Below the pieces are notes generated by a model. It was not told where the DNA came from, ran no database searches, and saw only the letters and a program-made list of their open reading frames with translations. A stretch of DNA of 64,000 nucleotides, taken from Bugula neritina. Lineage: Eukaryota; Animalia; Bryozoa. Positions within the stretch are counted from its first letter, which is position 1. Every line of letters begins with the position of its first letter. The stretch spans positions 15,076,698 through 15,140,697 of the forward strand of contig OZ037765.1 in assembly GCA_964035545.1 (NCBI GenBank), given 5' to 3'. A program made the translations under genes and the position numbers. Positions 1 to 16,300 of this stretch are shown piece after piece.

Positions 1-3000
1 GAAATACACTGTAACATATTGAAATACACTGCAAAACCTTGAAATATACTGCAACACACTGAAGGATACGGCAACATACTGAAATATACTGTGACACATT
101 AAAATGTACTGCAACATACTGAAATATGCTGTAGCATACTGAAATATACTGTAACACACTGTAATATACTGCAACATACTGCAACATACTGACATATACT
201 GGAACATACTGAAATAAACTCCAACATACTACAACATACTGAAATACACTGTAACCTACTGAAATATGCTGTAGCACACTGAAATATACTGCAACATACT
301 GAAATATAATGCAAGTAACTACAACATACTGAAATACACTGTGACATACTGAGATACACTGCAACATACTGCAACATACTGAAATACACTGTAACAGACT
401 GAAATGTACTGTAACACACTGAAATATACTGCAACATGCTGAAATACACTGTAACATACTGAAATATACTGCAACATACTGCAACATACCGAATTACACC
501 GTAACAAACTGAAATACACTCCAACATACTACAACATACTGAAATACACTGTAACATATTGAAATACATCGCAACACATTGAAATATACTGCAACACACT
601 GAAATATACTGTAACACACTGTAATATACTGCAACATACTGCAACATACTGACATACACTGGAACATACTGAAATACACTCCAACATACTACAACATACT
701 GAAATACACTGTAACCTACTGAAATATGCTGTAGCACACTGAAATATACTGCAACATACTGAAATATAATGAAAGTTACTACAACATACTGAAATACACT
801 GTGAGATACTGAGATACACTGCAACACCTTGAAATATACTGCAACACACTGAAAGATACGGCAACATACTGAAATATACTGCGACACATTGAAATATAGT
901 GCAGCATACTGAAATATGCTGTAGCATACTGAAATATACTGTAACACACTGAAATATACTGCAACATACTGAAATACATTGTAACATACTGAAATATACT
1001 GCAACATACTGAAATACACTGTAACATACTGAAATATACTGCAACATACTGCAACATACTGAAATACACTGTAACATACTGAAATACACTGCAACATACT
1101 GCAACATACTGAAATACACTGGAAGAAATTGAAACACACTACAACACATTGAAATATACTGCAACACACTGAAACATACAGCAACATGCTGAAATATACT
1201 GCGACACATTGAAATATACTGCAACATAGTTAAATATAATGCAAGATACTGCAACATTCTGAAATACACTGTGACCTACTGAAATACACTGCAACATACT
1301 TCAACATACTGCAACATACTGCAACATACTGAAATACACTGTAACATATTGAAGTGCACTGCAACACACTGAAACATACGGCAACATACTGAAATATACT
1401 GCAACTCACTATAATATAGTGTAATATACAGAAATGTACTGTAACATACTGAAATACACTGTAACATACTGAAATATACTGCAACATACTGAAGTACACT
1501 GCAACATACTGCAACATACTGAAATACACTGTAACATATTGAAATACACTACAACACATTGAAATATACTGCAACACACTGAAGGATACGGCAACATACT
1601 GAAATATACTGCGACACATTGAAATATACTGCAACATACTGAAATTTGCTGTAGCATACTGAAATATACTGTAACACACTGTAAAATACTGCAACATACT
1701 GACATACACTGGAACATACTGAAATACACTGCAACATACTACAACATACTGAAATACACTGTAACCTACTGAAATACGCTGTAGCACACTGAAATATACT
1801 GCAACATACTGAAATATAATGCAAGTTACTACAACATACTGAAATACACTGTGACATACTGAGATACACTGCAACATACTGCAACATACTGTAACATACT
1901 GAAATACACTGTAACCTACTGAAACACACTGCAACATACTACAACATACCGAAGTACACTGTAACATCATGAATTACACTGCAACACATTGAAAAATACT
2001 GCAACATACCGAAATATATGGCAAACTACTGAAATATACTTTAACAGATTGAAAAAAACTGCATCATACTGAAATATACTGTAACACACTGAAATACACT
2101 GCAAAACACTGAAATACACTGTAACATACTGAAATACACTGTAACATACTGAAATATACTGCAACACACTGCAACATACTGACATGCGCTTTAACATACT
2201 GAAATACACTGCAACATACTACAACATATAGAAATACACTGCAACACATTGAAATATACTGCAACACACTGAAACATCTGGCAACATATTGAAATATACT
2301 GCAACACATTGAAATATACCGCAACATACTGAAATATGCTGTAGCACACTGAAATACACCGCAACTCACTATAATATAGTGTAATATACAGAAATGTACT
2401 GTAACATACTGAAATATACTGTAACATACTGAAATATACTGCAACATACTGAAATACATTGTAACATACTGAAATATACTGCAACATACTGAAATACACT
2501 GTAACATACTGAAATATACTGCAACATACTGCAACATACTGAAATACACTGTAACATACTGAAATACACTGCAACACACTGCAACATACTGAAATACACT
2601 GGAAGAAATTGAAACACACTACAACACATTGAAATATACTGCAACACACTGAAACATACAGCAACATACTGAAATATACTGCGACACATTGAAATATACT
2701 GCAACATAGTTAAATATAATGCAAGATACTGCAACATTCTGAAATACACTGTGACATACTGAAATACACTGCAACATACTTCAACATACTGCAACATACT
2801 GCAACATACTGAAATACACTGTAACATATTGAAGTGCACTGCAACACATTGAAATATACTGCAACACACTGAAACATACGGCAACATACTGAAATATACT
2901 GCAACACATTGAAATATACTGCAACATACTGAAATATGCTGTAGTATACTGAAACACACTGCAACACAGTGAAGTATACTGTAAAATACAGAAATACACT

Positions 3001-6000
3001 GTAACATACTGAAACATATGTCAACATACTGAAATGTACTGCAACATACTGAAATACACTGTAACAAACCCAATTACATTGCAACAAACTGCAACATACT
3101 GAAATACGCCTTAACATACTGAAATACGCTCCAACACATTGAAAGAAACTGCAATATACCTAAATATACGATAATATACTGAAAGATACTGTACCACATT
3201 GAGAAACATTGCAACATACTGAAACATGCTGTAGCACATTAAAAAACACTGTAAGATACTGAAATACACTGCAACATGCTGAAATACACTGTAACCTACT
3301 GAAATACACTGCAACATACTACAACATACTGAAATACACTGTAACATTATGAATTACACTGCAACACATTGAAAAATACTGCAACATACCGAAATATATG
3401 GCAAACTACTGAAATATACTTTAACAGATTGAAAAAAACTGCATCATACTGAAATATACTGTAACACACTGAAATATACTGCAAAACACTGAAATACACT
3501 GTAACATACTGAAATACACTGTAACATACTGAAATATACTGCAACACACTGCAACATACTGAAATGCGCTGTAACATACTGAAATACACTGCAACATACT
3601 ACAACATATTGAAATACACTGTAACACATTGAAATATACTGCAACACACTGAAACATACGGCAACATACTGAAATATACTGCAACACATTGAAATATACC
3701 GCAACATACTGAAATTTGCTGTAGCATACTGAAATATACTGTAACACACTGTAAAATACTGCAACATACTGCAACATACTGACATACACTGGAACATACT
3801 GAAATACACTGCAACATACTACAACATACTGAAATACACTGTAACCTACTGAAATATGCTGTAGCACACTGAAATATACTGCAACATACTGAAATATAAT
3901 GAAAGTTACCACAACATACTGAAATACACTGTGAGATACTGAGATACACTGCAACACCTTGAAATATACTGCAACACACTGAAAGATACGGCAACATACT
4001 GAAATATACTGCGACACATTGAAATATAGTGCAGCATACTGAAATATGCTGTAGCATACTGAAATATACTGTAACAGACTGAAATATACTGCAACATACT
4101 GAAATACATTGTAACATACTGAAATATACTGCAACATACTGAAATACACTGTAACATACTGAAATATACTGCAACATACTGCAACATACTGAAATACACT
4201 GTAACATACTGAAATACACTGCAACATACTGCAACATACTGAAATACACTGGAAGAAATTGAAACACACTACAACACATTGAAATATACTGCAACACACT
4301 GAAACATACAGCAACATACTGAAATATACTGCGACACATTGAAATATACTGCAACATAGTTAAATATAATGCAAGATACTGCAACATTCTGAAATACACT
4401 GTGACATACTGAAATACACTGCAACATACTTCAACATACTGCAACATACTGAAATACACTGTAACATATTGAAGTGCACTGCAACACATTGAAATATACT
4501 GCAACACACTGAAACATACGGCAACATACTGAAATATACTGCAACACATTGAAATATACTGCAACATACTGAAATATGCTGTAGTATACTGAAACACACT
4601 GCAACACAGTGAAGTATACTGTAAAATACAGAAATATACTGTAACATACTGAAACATATGTCAATATACTGAAATGTACTGCAACATACTGAAATACACT
4701 GTAACAAACCCAATTACATTGCAACAAACTGCAACATACTGAAATACGCTGTAACATATTGAAATACGCTCCAACAGATTGAAAGAAACTGCAATATACC
4801 TAAATATACGATAATATACTGAAAGATACTGTACCACATTGAAAAACATTGCACCATACTGAAAAATGCTGTAGCACATTAAAATACACTGTAAGATACT
4901 GAAATACACTGCAACATGCTGAAATACACTGCAACATACTACAACATACTGAAATACACTGTAACATTATGAATTACACTGCAACATATTGAAAAATACT
5001 GCAACATACCGAAATATATGGCAAACTACTGAAATATACTTTAACAGATTGAAAAAAACTGCATCATACTGAAATATACTGTAACACACTGAAATATACT
5101 GCAAAACACTGAAATACACTGTAACATACTGAAATACACTGTAACATACTGAAACATACTGAAACATACTGAAATATACTGGAACGTACCGAAATATACT
5201 TCAACATACTGAAATACACTGCAACATACTGCAACATACTGGCATACACTGGAACATACTGAAATACACTGCAACATACTACAACATACTGAAATACACT
5301 GTAACCTACTGAAATATGCTGTAGCACACTGAAATATACTGCAACATACTGAAATATAATGCAAGTTACTACAACATACTGAAATACACTGTGACATACT
5401 GAAATACACTGCAACATACTGCAAGAATCTGCAACATACTGAAATAGACTGTAACATATTGAAATACACTGCAAAACCTTGAAATATACTGCAACACACT
5501 GAAGGATACGGCAACATACTGAAATATACTGTGACACATTTAAATGTACTGCAACATACTGAAATATGCCGTAGCATACTGAAATATACTGTAACAGACT
5601 GAAATGTACTGTAACACACTGAAATATACTGCAACATGCTGAAATACACTGTAACATACTGAAATACACTCCAACATACTACAACATACTGAAATACACT
5701 GCAACACATTGAAGTAAACCGCAACATACTTAAATATACGGTAACATACTGAAATATACTGTAACTCATTGAAAAACATTGCAACATACTGAAACATACT
5801 GAAATATGCTGTAGCACACTGAAATACACCGCAATTCAATAAAAAATAGTGTAATATACGGAAATGTACCGTAACATACTGAAATATACTGTAACAGACT
5901 GAAATGTACTGTAACAAACTGAAATATATTGCAACATGCTGAAATACACTGTAACATAATGAAATATACTGCAACATACTGCAACATACCGACTTACACT

Positions 6001-9000
6001 GTAACAAACTGAAATACACTCCAACATACTACAACATACTGAAATACACTGTAACATATTGAAATACACCGCAACACATTGAAATATACTGCAACATACC
6101 GAAATATATGGTAAACTACTGAATTATACTGTAACACATTGAAACTTACCGCAAAATACTAAAATACACTGCAACACACTGAAGTATACTGTAATATATA
6201 GAAATGTACTGTAAAATATTTAAACATACGACAACATACCAAAAAACATACTGCAACATACTGAATTACACTGCAATATCCTGAAATATACTTCAACATA
6301 CTGAAACATACCTAAAAACATTGAAATATACTGAAATACAGTGTAGGATATTGAAATACACTGCAACAATTTGGAATATACAGCAACATACCGAAATATA
6401 TGGTAACCTACTGAAATATGTTGCAAACTACTGAAATATACTGCAACATACTGCAACATAATGAAATATACTATAACACATTGGAATAAACTGCAAAATA
6501 CTGAAATATACTGTAACATACTGAAACATACTGCAACATACCGAAATATACTGTAACATACTGAAATATACTGCAAGATACTGCAATATACTGAAATACA
6601 CTGTAACATACTGAAATACACTGCAACATACTGCAACATACTGACATACACTGGAACATACTGAAATACACTGCAACATGCTACAACATACTGAAATACG
6701 CTGTAACCTACTGAAATATGCTGTAGCACACTGAAATATACTGCAACATACTGAAATATAATGCAAGTTACTACAACATACTGAAATACACTGTGACATA
6801 CTGAAATACACTGCAACATACTGCAAGAAACTGCAACATACTGAAATACACTGTAACATATTGAAATACACTGCAAAACCTTGAAATATACTGCAACACA
6901 CTGAAGGATACGGCAACATACTGAAATATACTGTGACACATTAAAATGTACTGCAACATACTGAAATATGCTGTAGCATACTGAAATATACTGTAACACA
7001 CTGTAATATACTGCAACATACTGCAACATACTGACATATACTGGAACATACTGAAATAAACTCCAACATACTACAACATACTGAAATACACTGTAACCTA
7101 CTGAAATATGCTGTAGCACACTGAAATATACTGCAACATACTGAAATATAATGCAAGTAACTACAACATACTGAAATACACTGTGACATACTGAGATACA
7201 CTGCAACATACTGCAACATACTGAAATACACTGTAACAGACTGAAATGTACTGTAACACACTGAAATATACTGCAACATGCTGAAATACACTGTAACATA
7301 CTGAAATATACTGCAACATACTGCAACATACCGAATTACACCGTAACAAACTGAAATACACTCCAACATACTACAACATACTGAAATACACTGTAACATG
7401 TTGAAATACATCGCAACACATTGAAATATACTGCAACACACTGAAATATACTGTAACACACTGTAATATACTGCAACATACAGCAACATACTGACATACA
7501 CTGGAACATACTGAAATACACTCCAACATACTACAACATACTGAAATACACTGTAACCTACTGAAATATGCTGTAGCACACTGAAATATACTGCAACATA
7601 CTGAAATATAATGAAAGTTACTACAACATACTGAAATACACTGTGAGATACTGAGATACACTGCAACACCTTGAAATATACTGCAACACACTGAAAGATA
7701 CGGCAACATACTGAAATATACTGCAACACATTGAAATATAGTGCAGCATACTGAAATATGCTGTAGCATACTGAAATATACTGTAACACACTGAAATATA
7801 CTGCAACATACTGAAATACATTGTAACATACTGAAATATACTGCAACATACTGAAATACACTGTAACATACTGAAATATACTGCAACATACTGCAACATA
7901 CTGAAATACACTGTAACATACTGAAATACACTGCAACATACTGCAACATACTGAAATACACTGGAAGAAATTGAAACACACTACAACACATTGAAATATA
8001 CTGCAACACACTGAAACATACAGCAACATACTGAAATATACTGCGACACATTGAAATATACTGCAACATAGTTAAATATAATGCAAGATACTGCAACATT
8101 CTGAAATACACTGTGACATACTGAAATACACTGCAACATACTTCAACATACTGCAACATACTGCAACATACTGAAATACACTGTAACATATTGAAGTGCA
8201 CTGCAACACACTGAAACATACGGCAACATACTGAAATATACTGCAACACATTGAAATATACTGCAACATACTGAAATATGCTGTAGTATACTGAAACACA
8301 CTGCAACACAGTGAAGTATACTGTAAAATACAGAAATATACTGTAACATACTGAAACATATGTCAACATACTGAAATGTACTGCAACATACTGAAATACA
8401 CTGTAACAAACCCAATTACATTGCAACAAACTGCAACATACTGAAATACGCTGTAACATATTGAAATACGCTCCAACACATTGAAAGAAACTGCAACATA
8501 CCTAAATATACGATAATATAGTGAAAGATACTGTACCACATTGAAAAACATTGCAACATACTGAAACATGCTGTAGCACATTAAAATACACTGTAAGATA
8601 CTGAAATACACTGCAACATGCTGAAATACACTGTAACCTACTGAAATACACTGCAACATACTACAACATACTGAAATACACTGTAACATTATGAATTACA
8701 CTGCAACACATTGAAAAATACTGCAACATACCGAAATATATGGCAAACTACTGAAATATACTTTAACAGATTGAAAAAAACTGCATCATACTGAAATATA
8801 CTGTAACACACTGAAATATACTGCAAAACACTGAAATACACTGTAACATACTGAAATACACTGTAACATACTGAAATATACTGCAACACACTGCAACATA
8901 CTGAAATGCGCTGTAACATACTGAAATACACTGCAACATACTACAACATATTGAAATACACTGTAACACATTGAAATATACTGCAACACACTGAAACATA

Positions 9001-12000
9001 CGGCAACATATTGAAATATACTGCAACACATTGAAATATACCGCAACATACTGAAATATGCTGTAGCACACTGAAATACACTGCAACTCACTATAATATA
9101 GTGTAATATACAGAAATGTACTGTAACATACTGAAATACACTGTAACATACTGAAATATACTGCAACATACTGAAGTACACTGCAACATACTGCAACATA
9201 CTGAAATACACTGTAACATATTGAAATACACTACAACACATTGAAATATACTGCAACACACTGAAGGATACGGCAACATACTGAAATATACTGCGACACA
9301 TTGAAATATACTGCAACATACTGAAATTTGCTGTAGCATACTGAAATATACTGTAACACACTGTAAAATACTGCAACATACTGACATACACTGGAACATA
9401 CTGAAATACACTGCAACATATTGAAATATGCTGTAGCACCCTGAAATTCACTGCAACTTACTGAAATATAGTGTAATATACGGAATTGTACTGTAACCTA
9501 CTGAAATATACTGTAACACACTGAAATATGCAGTCACATACTGAAATATACTGTAAATTACTAGAATTATACTGCAACATACTGCAACATACTGAAATAC
9601 ACTGTAACCTACTGATATACACTGCAATATAGTACAACATACTGAAATACACTGTAACATATTGAAATACGCTGCAACACATTGAAATATACTGCAACCT
9701 ACCGAAATATATGGTAAACTGCTGAAATATACCGTAACACATCAAAAAATACTGCAACATACTGAAATATACTGTAACACACTGAAATATACTGCAAAAC
9801 ACTGAAATACACTGTAACATACTGAAATACACTGTAACATACTGAAATATACTGCAACACACTGCAACATACTGACATGCGCTTTAACATACTGAAATAC
9901 ACTGCAACATACTACAACATATAGAAATACACTGCAACACATTGAAATATACTGCAACACACTGAAACATCTGGCAACATATTGAAATATACTGCAACAC
10001 ATTGAAATATACCGCAACATACTGAAATATGCTGTAGCACACTGAAATACACCGCAACTCACTATAATATAGTGTAATATACAGAAATGTACTGTAACAT
10101 ACTGAAATATACTGTAACATACTGAAATATACTGCAACATACTGAAATACATTGTAACATACTGAAATATACTGCAACATACTGAAATACACTGTAACAT
10201 ACTGAAATATACTGCAACATACTGCAACATACTGAAATACACTGTAACATACTGAAATACGCTCCAACACATTGAAAGAAACTGCAACATACCTAAATAT
10301 ACGATAATATAGTGAAAGATACTGTACCACATTGAAAAACATTGCAACATACTGAAACATGCTGTAGCACATTAAAATACACTGTAAGATACTGAAATAC
10401 ACTGCAACATGCTGAAATACACTGTAACCTACTGAAATACACTGCAACATACTACAACATACTGAAATACACTGTAACATTATGAATTACACTGCAACAC
10501 ATTGAAAAATACTGCAACATACCGAAATATATGGCAAACTACTGAAATATAGTTTAACAGATTGAAAAAAACTGCATCATACTGAAATATACTGTAACAC
10601 ACTGAAATATACTGCAAAACACTGAAATACACTGTAACATACTGAAATACACTGTAACATACTGAAATATACTGCAACACACTGCAACATACTGAAATGC
10701 GCTGTAACATACTGAAATACACTGCAACATACTACAACATATTGAAATACACTGTAACACATTGAAATATACTGCAACACACTGAAACATACGGCAACAT
10801 ATTGAAATATACTGCAACACATTGAAATATACCGCAACATACTGAAATATGCTGTAGCACACTGAAATACACTGCAACTCACTATAATATAGTGTAATAT
10901 ACAGAAATGTACTGTAACATACTGAAATACACTGTAACATACTGAAATATACTGCAACATACTGAAGTACACTGCAACATACTGCAACATACTGAAATAC
11001 ACTGTAACATATTGAAATACACTACAACACATTGAAATATACTGCAACACACTGAAGGATACGGCAACATACTGAAATATACTGCGACACATTGAAATAT
11101 ACTGCAACATACTGAAATTTGCTGTAGCATACTGAAATATACTGTAACACACTGTAAAATACTGCAACATACTGCAACATACTGACATACACTGGAACAT
11201 ACTGAAATACACTGCAACATACTACAACATACTGAAATACACTGTAACCTACTGAAACACGCTGTAGCACACTGAAATATACTGCAACATACTGAAATAT
11301 AATGCAAGTTACTACAACATACTGAAATACACTGTGACATACTGAGATACACTGCAACATACTGCAACATACTGTAACATACTGAAATACACTGTAACCT
11401 ACTGAAACACACTGCAACATACTACAACATACCGAAATACACTGTAACATCATGAATTACACTGCAACACATTGAAAAATACTGCAACATACCGAAATAT
11501 ATGGCAAACTACTGAAATATACTTTAACAGATTGAAAAAAACTGCATCATACTGAAATATACTGTAACACACTGAAATATACTGCAAAACACTGAAATAC
11601 ACTGTAACATACTGAAATACACTGTAACATACTGAAATATATTGCAACACACTGCAACATACTGAAATGCGCTTTAACATACTGAAATACACTGCAACAT
11701 GCTACAACATATAGAAATACACTGCAACACATTGAAATATACTGCAACACACTGAAACATCTGGCAACATATTGAAATATACTGCAACACATTGAAATAT
11801 ACCGCAACATACTGAAATATGCTGTAGCACACTGAAATACACCGCAACTCACTATAATATAGTGTAATATACAGAAATGTACTGTAACATACTGAAATAT
11901 ACTGTAACATACTGAAATATACTGCAACATACTGAAGTACACTGCAACATACTGCAACATACTGAAATACACTGTAACATATTGAAATACATTACAACAC

Positions 12001-13330
12001 ATTGAAATATACTGCAACACACTGAAATATGCTGTAGCACACTGAAATACACTGCAACTCACTATAATATAGTGTAATATACAGAAATGTACTGTAACAT
12101 ACTGAGATAAACTGCAACATACTGCAACATACTGCAACATACTGAAATACACTGTAACATATTGAAATACACTGCGAAACCTTGAAATATACTGCAACAC
12201 ACTGAAGGATACGGCAACATACTGAAATATACTGCAACATACTGAAATATGCTGTAGCATACTGAAATATACTGTAACACACCGTAATATACTGCAACAT
12301 ACTGCAACATACTGACATACACTGAAACATACTGAAATGCACTGCAACATACTACAACATACTGAAATACACTGTAACCTACTGAAATATGCTGTAGCAC
12401 ACTGAAATATACTGCAGCTTACTGAAATATAATGCAAGTTACTACAACATACTGAAATACACTGTGACATACTGAGATACACTGCGACACATTGAAATAT
12501 ACTGCAGCATACTGAAATATGCTGTAGCATACTGAAATACGCTGTAGCACACTGAAATATACTGCAACATACTGAAATATAATGCAAGTTACTACAACAT
12601 ACTGAAATACACTGTGACATACTGAAATACACTGTAACAGACTGAAATGTACTGTAACACACTGAAATATACTGCAACATGCTGAAATACACTGTAACAT
12701 ACTGAAATATACTGCAACATACTGCAACATACTGAAATACACTGTAACATACTGAAATGCACTGTAACATACTGCAACATACTGAAATACACTGGAACAA
12801 ATTGAAACACACTACAACACATTGAAATATACTGCAACACACTGAAACATACAGCAACATACTGAAATATACTGCGACACATTGAAATATACTGCAACAT
12901 AGTTAAATATAATGCAAGATACTGCAACATTCTGAAATACACTGTGACATACTGAAATACACTGCAACATACTTCAACATATTGCAACATACTGCAACAT
13001 ACTGAAATACACTGTAACATATTGAAGTGCACTGCAACACATTGAAATATACTGCAACACACTGAAACATACGGCAACATACTGAAATATACTGCAACAC
13101 ATTGAAATATACTGCAACATAGTCAAATATAATGCAAGATACTGTAACATTCTGAAACACACTGTGAGATACTGAAATTCACTGCAACATACTGCAACAT
13201 ACTGCAACATACTGCAACATACTGAAATACACTGTAACATATTGAAATACACTGCAACACATTGAAATATACTGCAAGACACTGAAACATACGGCAACAT
13301 ACTGAAATATACTGCAACACATTGAAATAT

Positions 13331-16300
13331 ACTGCAACATACTGAAATATGCTGTAGTATACCGAAACACACTGCAACACAGTGAAGTATACTGTAAAAT
13401 ACAGAAATATACTGTAACATACTGAAACATATGTCAACATACTGAAATGTACTGCAACATGCTGAAATATATTGCAACATACTGAAATACACTGTAACAA
13501 ACCCAATTACACTGCAACAAACTGCAACATACTGAAATACGCTGTAACATATTGAAATACGCTCCAACACATTGAACGAAACTGCAACATACCTAAATAT
13601 ACGACAATATACTGAAAGATACTGTACCACATTGAAAAACATTACAACATACTGAAACATGCTGTAGCACATTAAAATACACTGTAAGATACTGAAATAC
13701 ACTGCAACATGCTGAAATACACTGTAACCTACTGAAATACACTGCAACATACTACAACATACTGAAATACACTGTGACATACTGAGATACACTGCAACAT
13801 ACTGCAACATACTGAAATACACTGTAACAGACTGAAATGTACTGTAACACACTAAAATATACTGCAACATGCTGAAATACACTGTAACATACTGAAATAT
13901 ACTGCAACATACTGCAACATACCGAATTACACTGTAACCAGCTGAAATACACTCCAACATACTACAACATACTGAAATACACTGTAACATATTGAAATAC
14001 ATCGCAACACATTGAAATATACTGCAACACACTGAAATATACTGTAACACACTGTAATATACTGCAACATACTGCAACATACTGACATACACTGGAACAT
14101 ACTGAAATACACTCCAACATACTACAACATACTGAAATACACTGTAACCTACTGAAATATGCTGTAGCACACTGAAATATACTGCAACATACTGAAATAT
14201 AATGAAAGTTACTACAACATACTGAAATACACTGTGAGATACTGAGATACACTGCAACACCTTGAAATATACTGCAACACACTGAAAGATACGGCAACAT
14301 ACTGAAATATACTCCGACACATTGAAATATAGTGCAGCATACTGAAATATGCTGTAGCATACTGAAATATACTGTAACACACTGAAATATACTGCAACAT
14401 ACTGAAATACATTGTAACATACTGAAATATACTGCAACATACTGAAATACACTGTAACATACTGAAATATACTGCAACATACTGCAACATACTGAAATAC
14501 ACTGTAACATACTGAAATACACTGCAACATACTGCAACATACTGAAATACACTGGAAGAAATTGAAACACACTACAACACATTGAAATATACTGCAACAC
14601 ACTGAAACATACAGCAACATACTGAAATATACTGCGACACATTGAAATATACTGCAACATAGTTAAATATAATGCAAGATACTGCAACATTCTGAAATAC
14701 ACTGTGACATACTGAAATACACTGCAACATACTTCAACATACTGCAACATACTGCAACATACTGAAATACACTGTAACATATTGAAGTGCACTGCAACAC
14801 ATTGAAATATACTGCAACACACTGAAACATACGGCAACATACTGAAATATACTGCAACACATTGAAATATACTGCAACATACTGAAATATGCTGTAGTAT
14901 ACTGAAACACACTGCAACACAGTGAAGTATACTGTAAAATACAGAAATATACTGTAACATACTGAAACATATGTCAACATACTGAAATACACTGTAACAA
15001 ACCCAATTACATTGCAACAAACTGCAACATACTGAAATACGCTGTAACATATTGAAATACGCTCCAACACATTGAAAGAAACTGCAATATACCTAAATAT
15101 ACGATAATATACTGAAAGATACTGTACCACATTGAAAAACATTGCAACATACTGAAACATGCTGTAGCACATTAAAATACACTGTAAGATACTGAAACAC
15201 ACTGCAACATGCTGAAATACACTGTAACCTACTGAAATACACTGCAACATACTACAACATACTGAAATACACTGTAACATTATGAATTACACTGCAACAC
15301 ATTGAAAAATACTGCAACATACCGATATATATGGCAAACTACTGAAATATACTTTAACAGATTGAAAAAAACTGCATCATACTGAAATATACTGTAACAC
15401 ACTGAAATATACTGCAACATACTGAAATATGCTGTAGTATACCGAAACACACTGCAACACAGTGAAGTATACTGTAAAATACAGAAATATACTGTAACAT
15501 ACTGAAACATATGTCAACATACTGAAATGTACTGCAACATGCTGAAATATTTTGCAACATACTGAAATACACTGTAACAAACCCAATTACACTGCAACAA
15601 ACTGCAACATACTGAAATACGCTGTAACATATTGAAATACGCTCCAACACATTGAACGAAACTGCAACATACCTAAATATACGACAATATACTGAAAGAT
15701 ACTGTACCACATTGAAAAACATTACAACATACTGAAACATGCTGTAGCACATTAAAATACACTGTAAGATGCTGAAATACCCTGCAACATGCTGAAATAC
15801 ACTGTAACCTACTGAAATACACTGCAACATACTACAACATACTGAAATACACTGTGACATACTGAGATACACTGCAACATACTGCAACATACTGAAATAC
15901 ACTGTAACAGACTGAAATGTACTGTAACACACTAAAATATACTGCAACATGCTGAAATACACTGTAACATACTGAAATATACTGCAACATACTGCAACAT
16001 ACCGAATTACACTGTAACAAACTGAAATACACTCCAACATACTACAACATACTGAAATACACTGTAACATATTGAAATACATCGCAACACAGTGAAATAT
16101 ACTGCAACACACTGAAATATACTGTAACACACTGTAATATACTGCAACATACTGCAACATACTGACATACACTGGAACATACTGAAATACACTCCAACAT
16201 ACTACAACATACTGAAATACACTGTAACCTACTGAAATATGCTGTAGCACACTGAAATATACTGCAACATACTGAAATATAATGAAAGTTACTACAACAT

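Noticed and set aside
3066-3077. AAACCC-containing module as telomeric repeat
   Set aside because: It is a single AAACCC within an in-register variant monomer and is never tandemly repeated.
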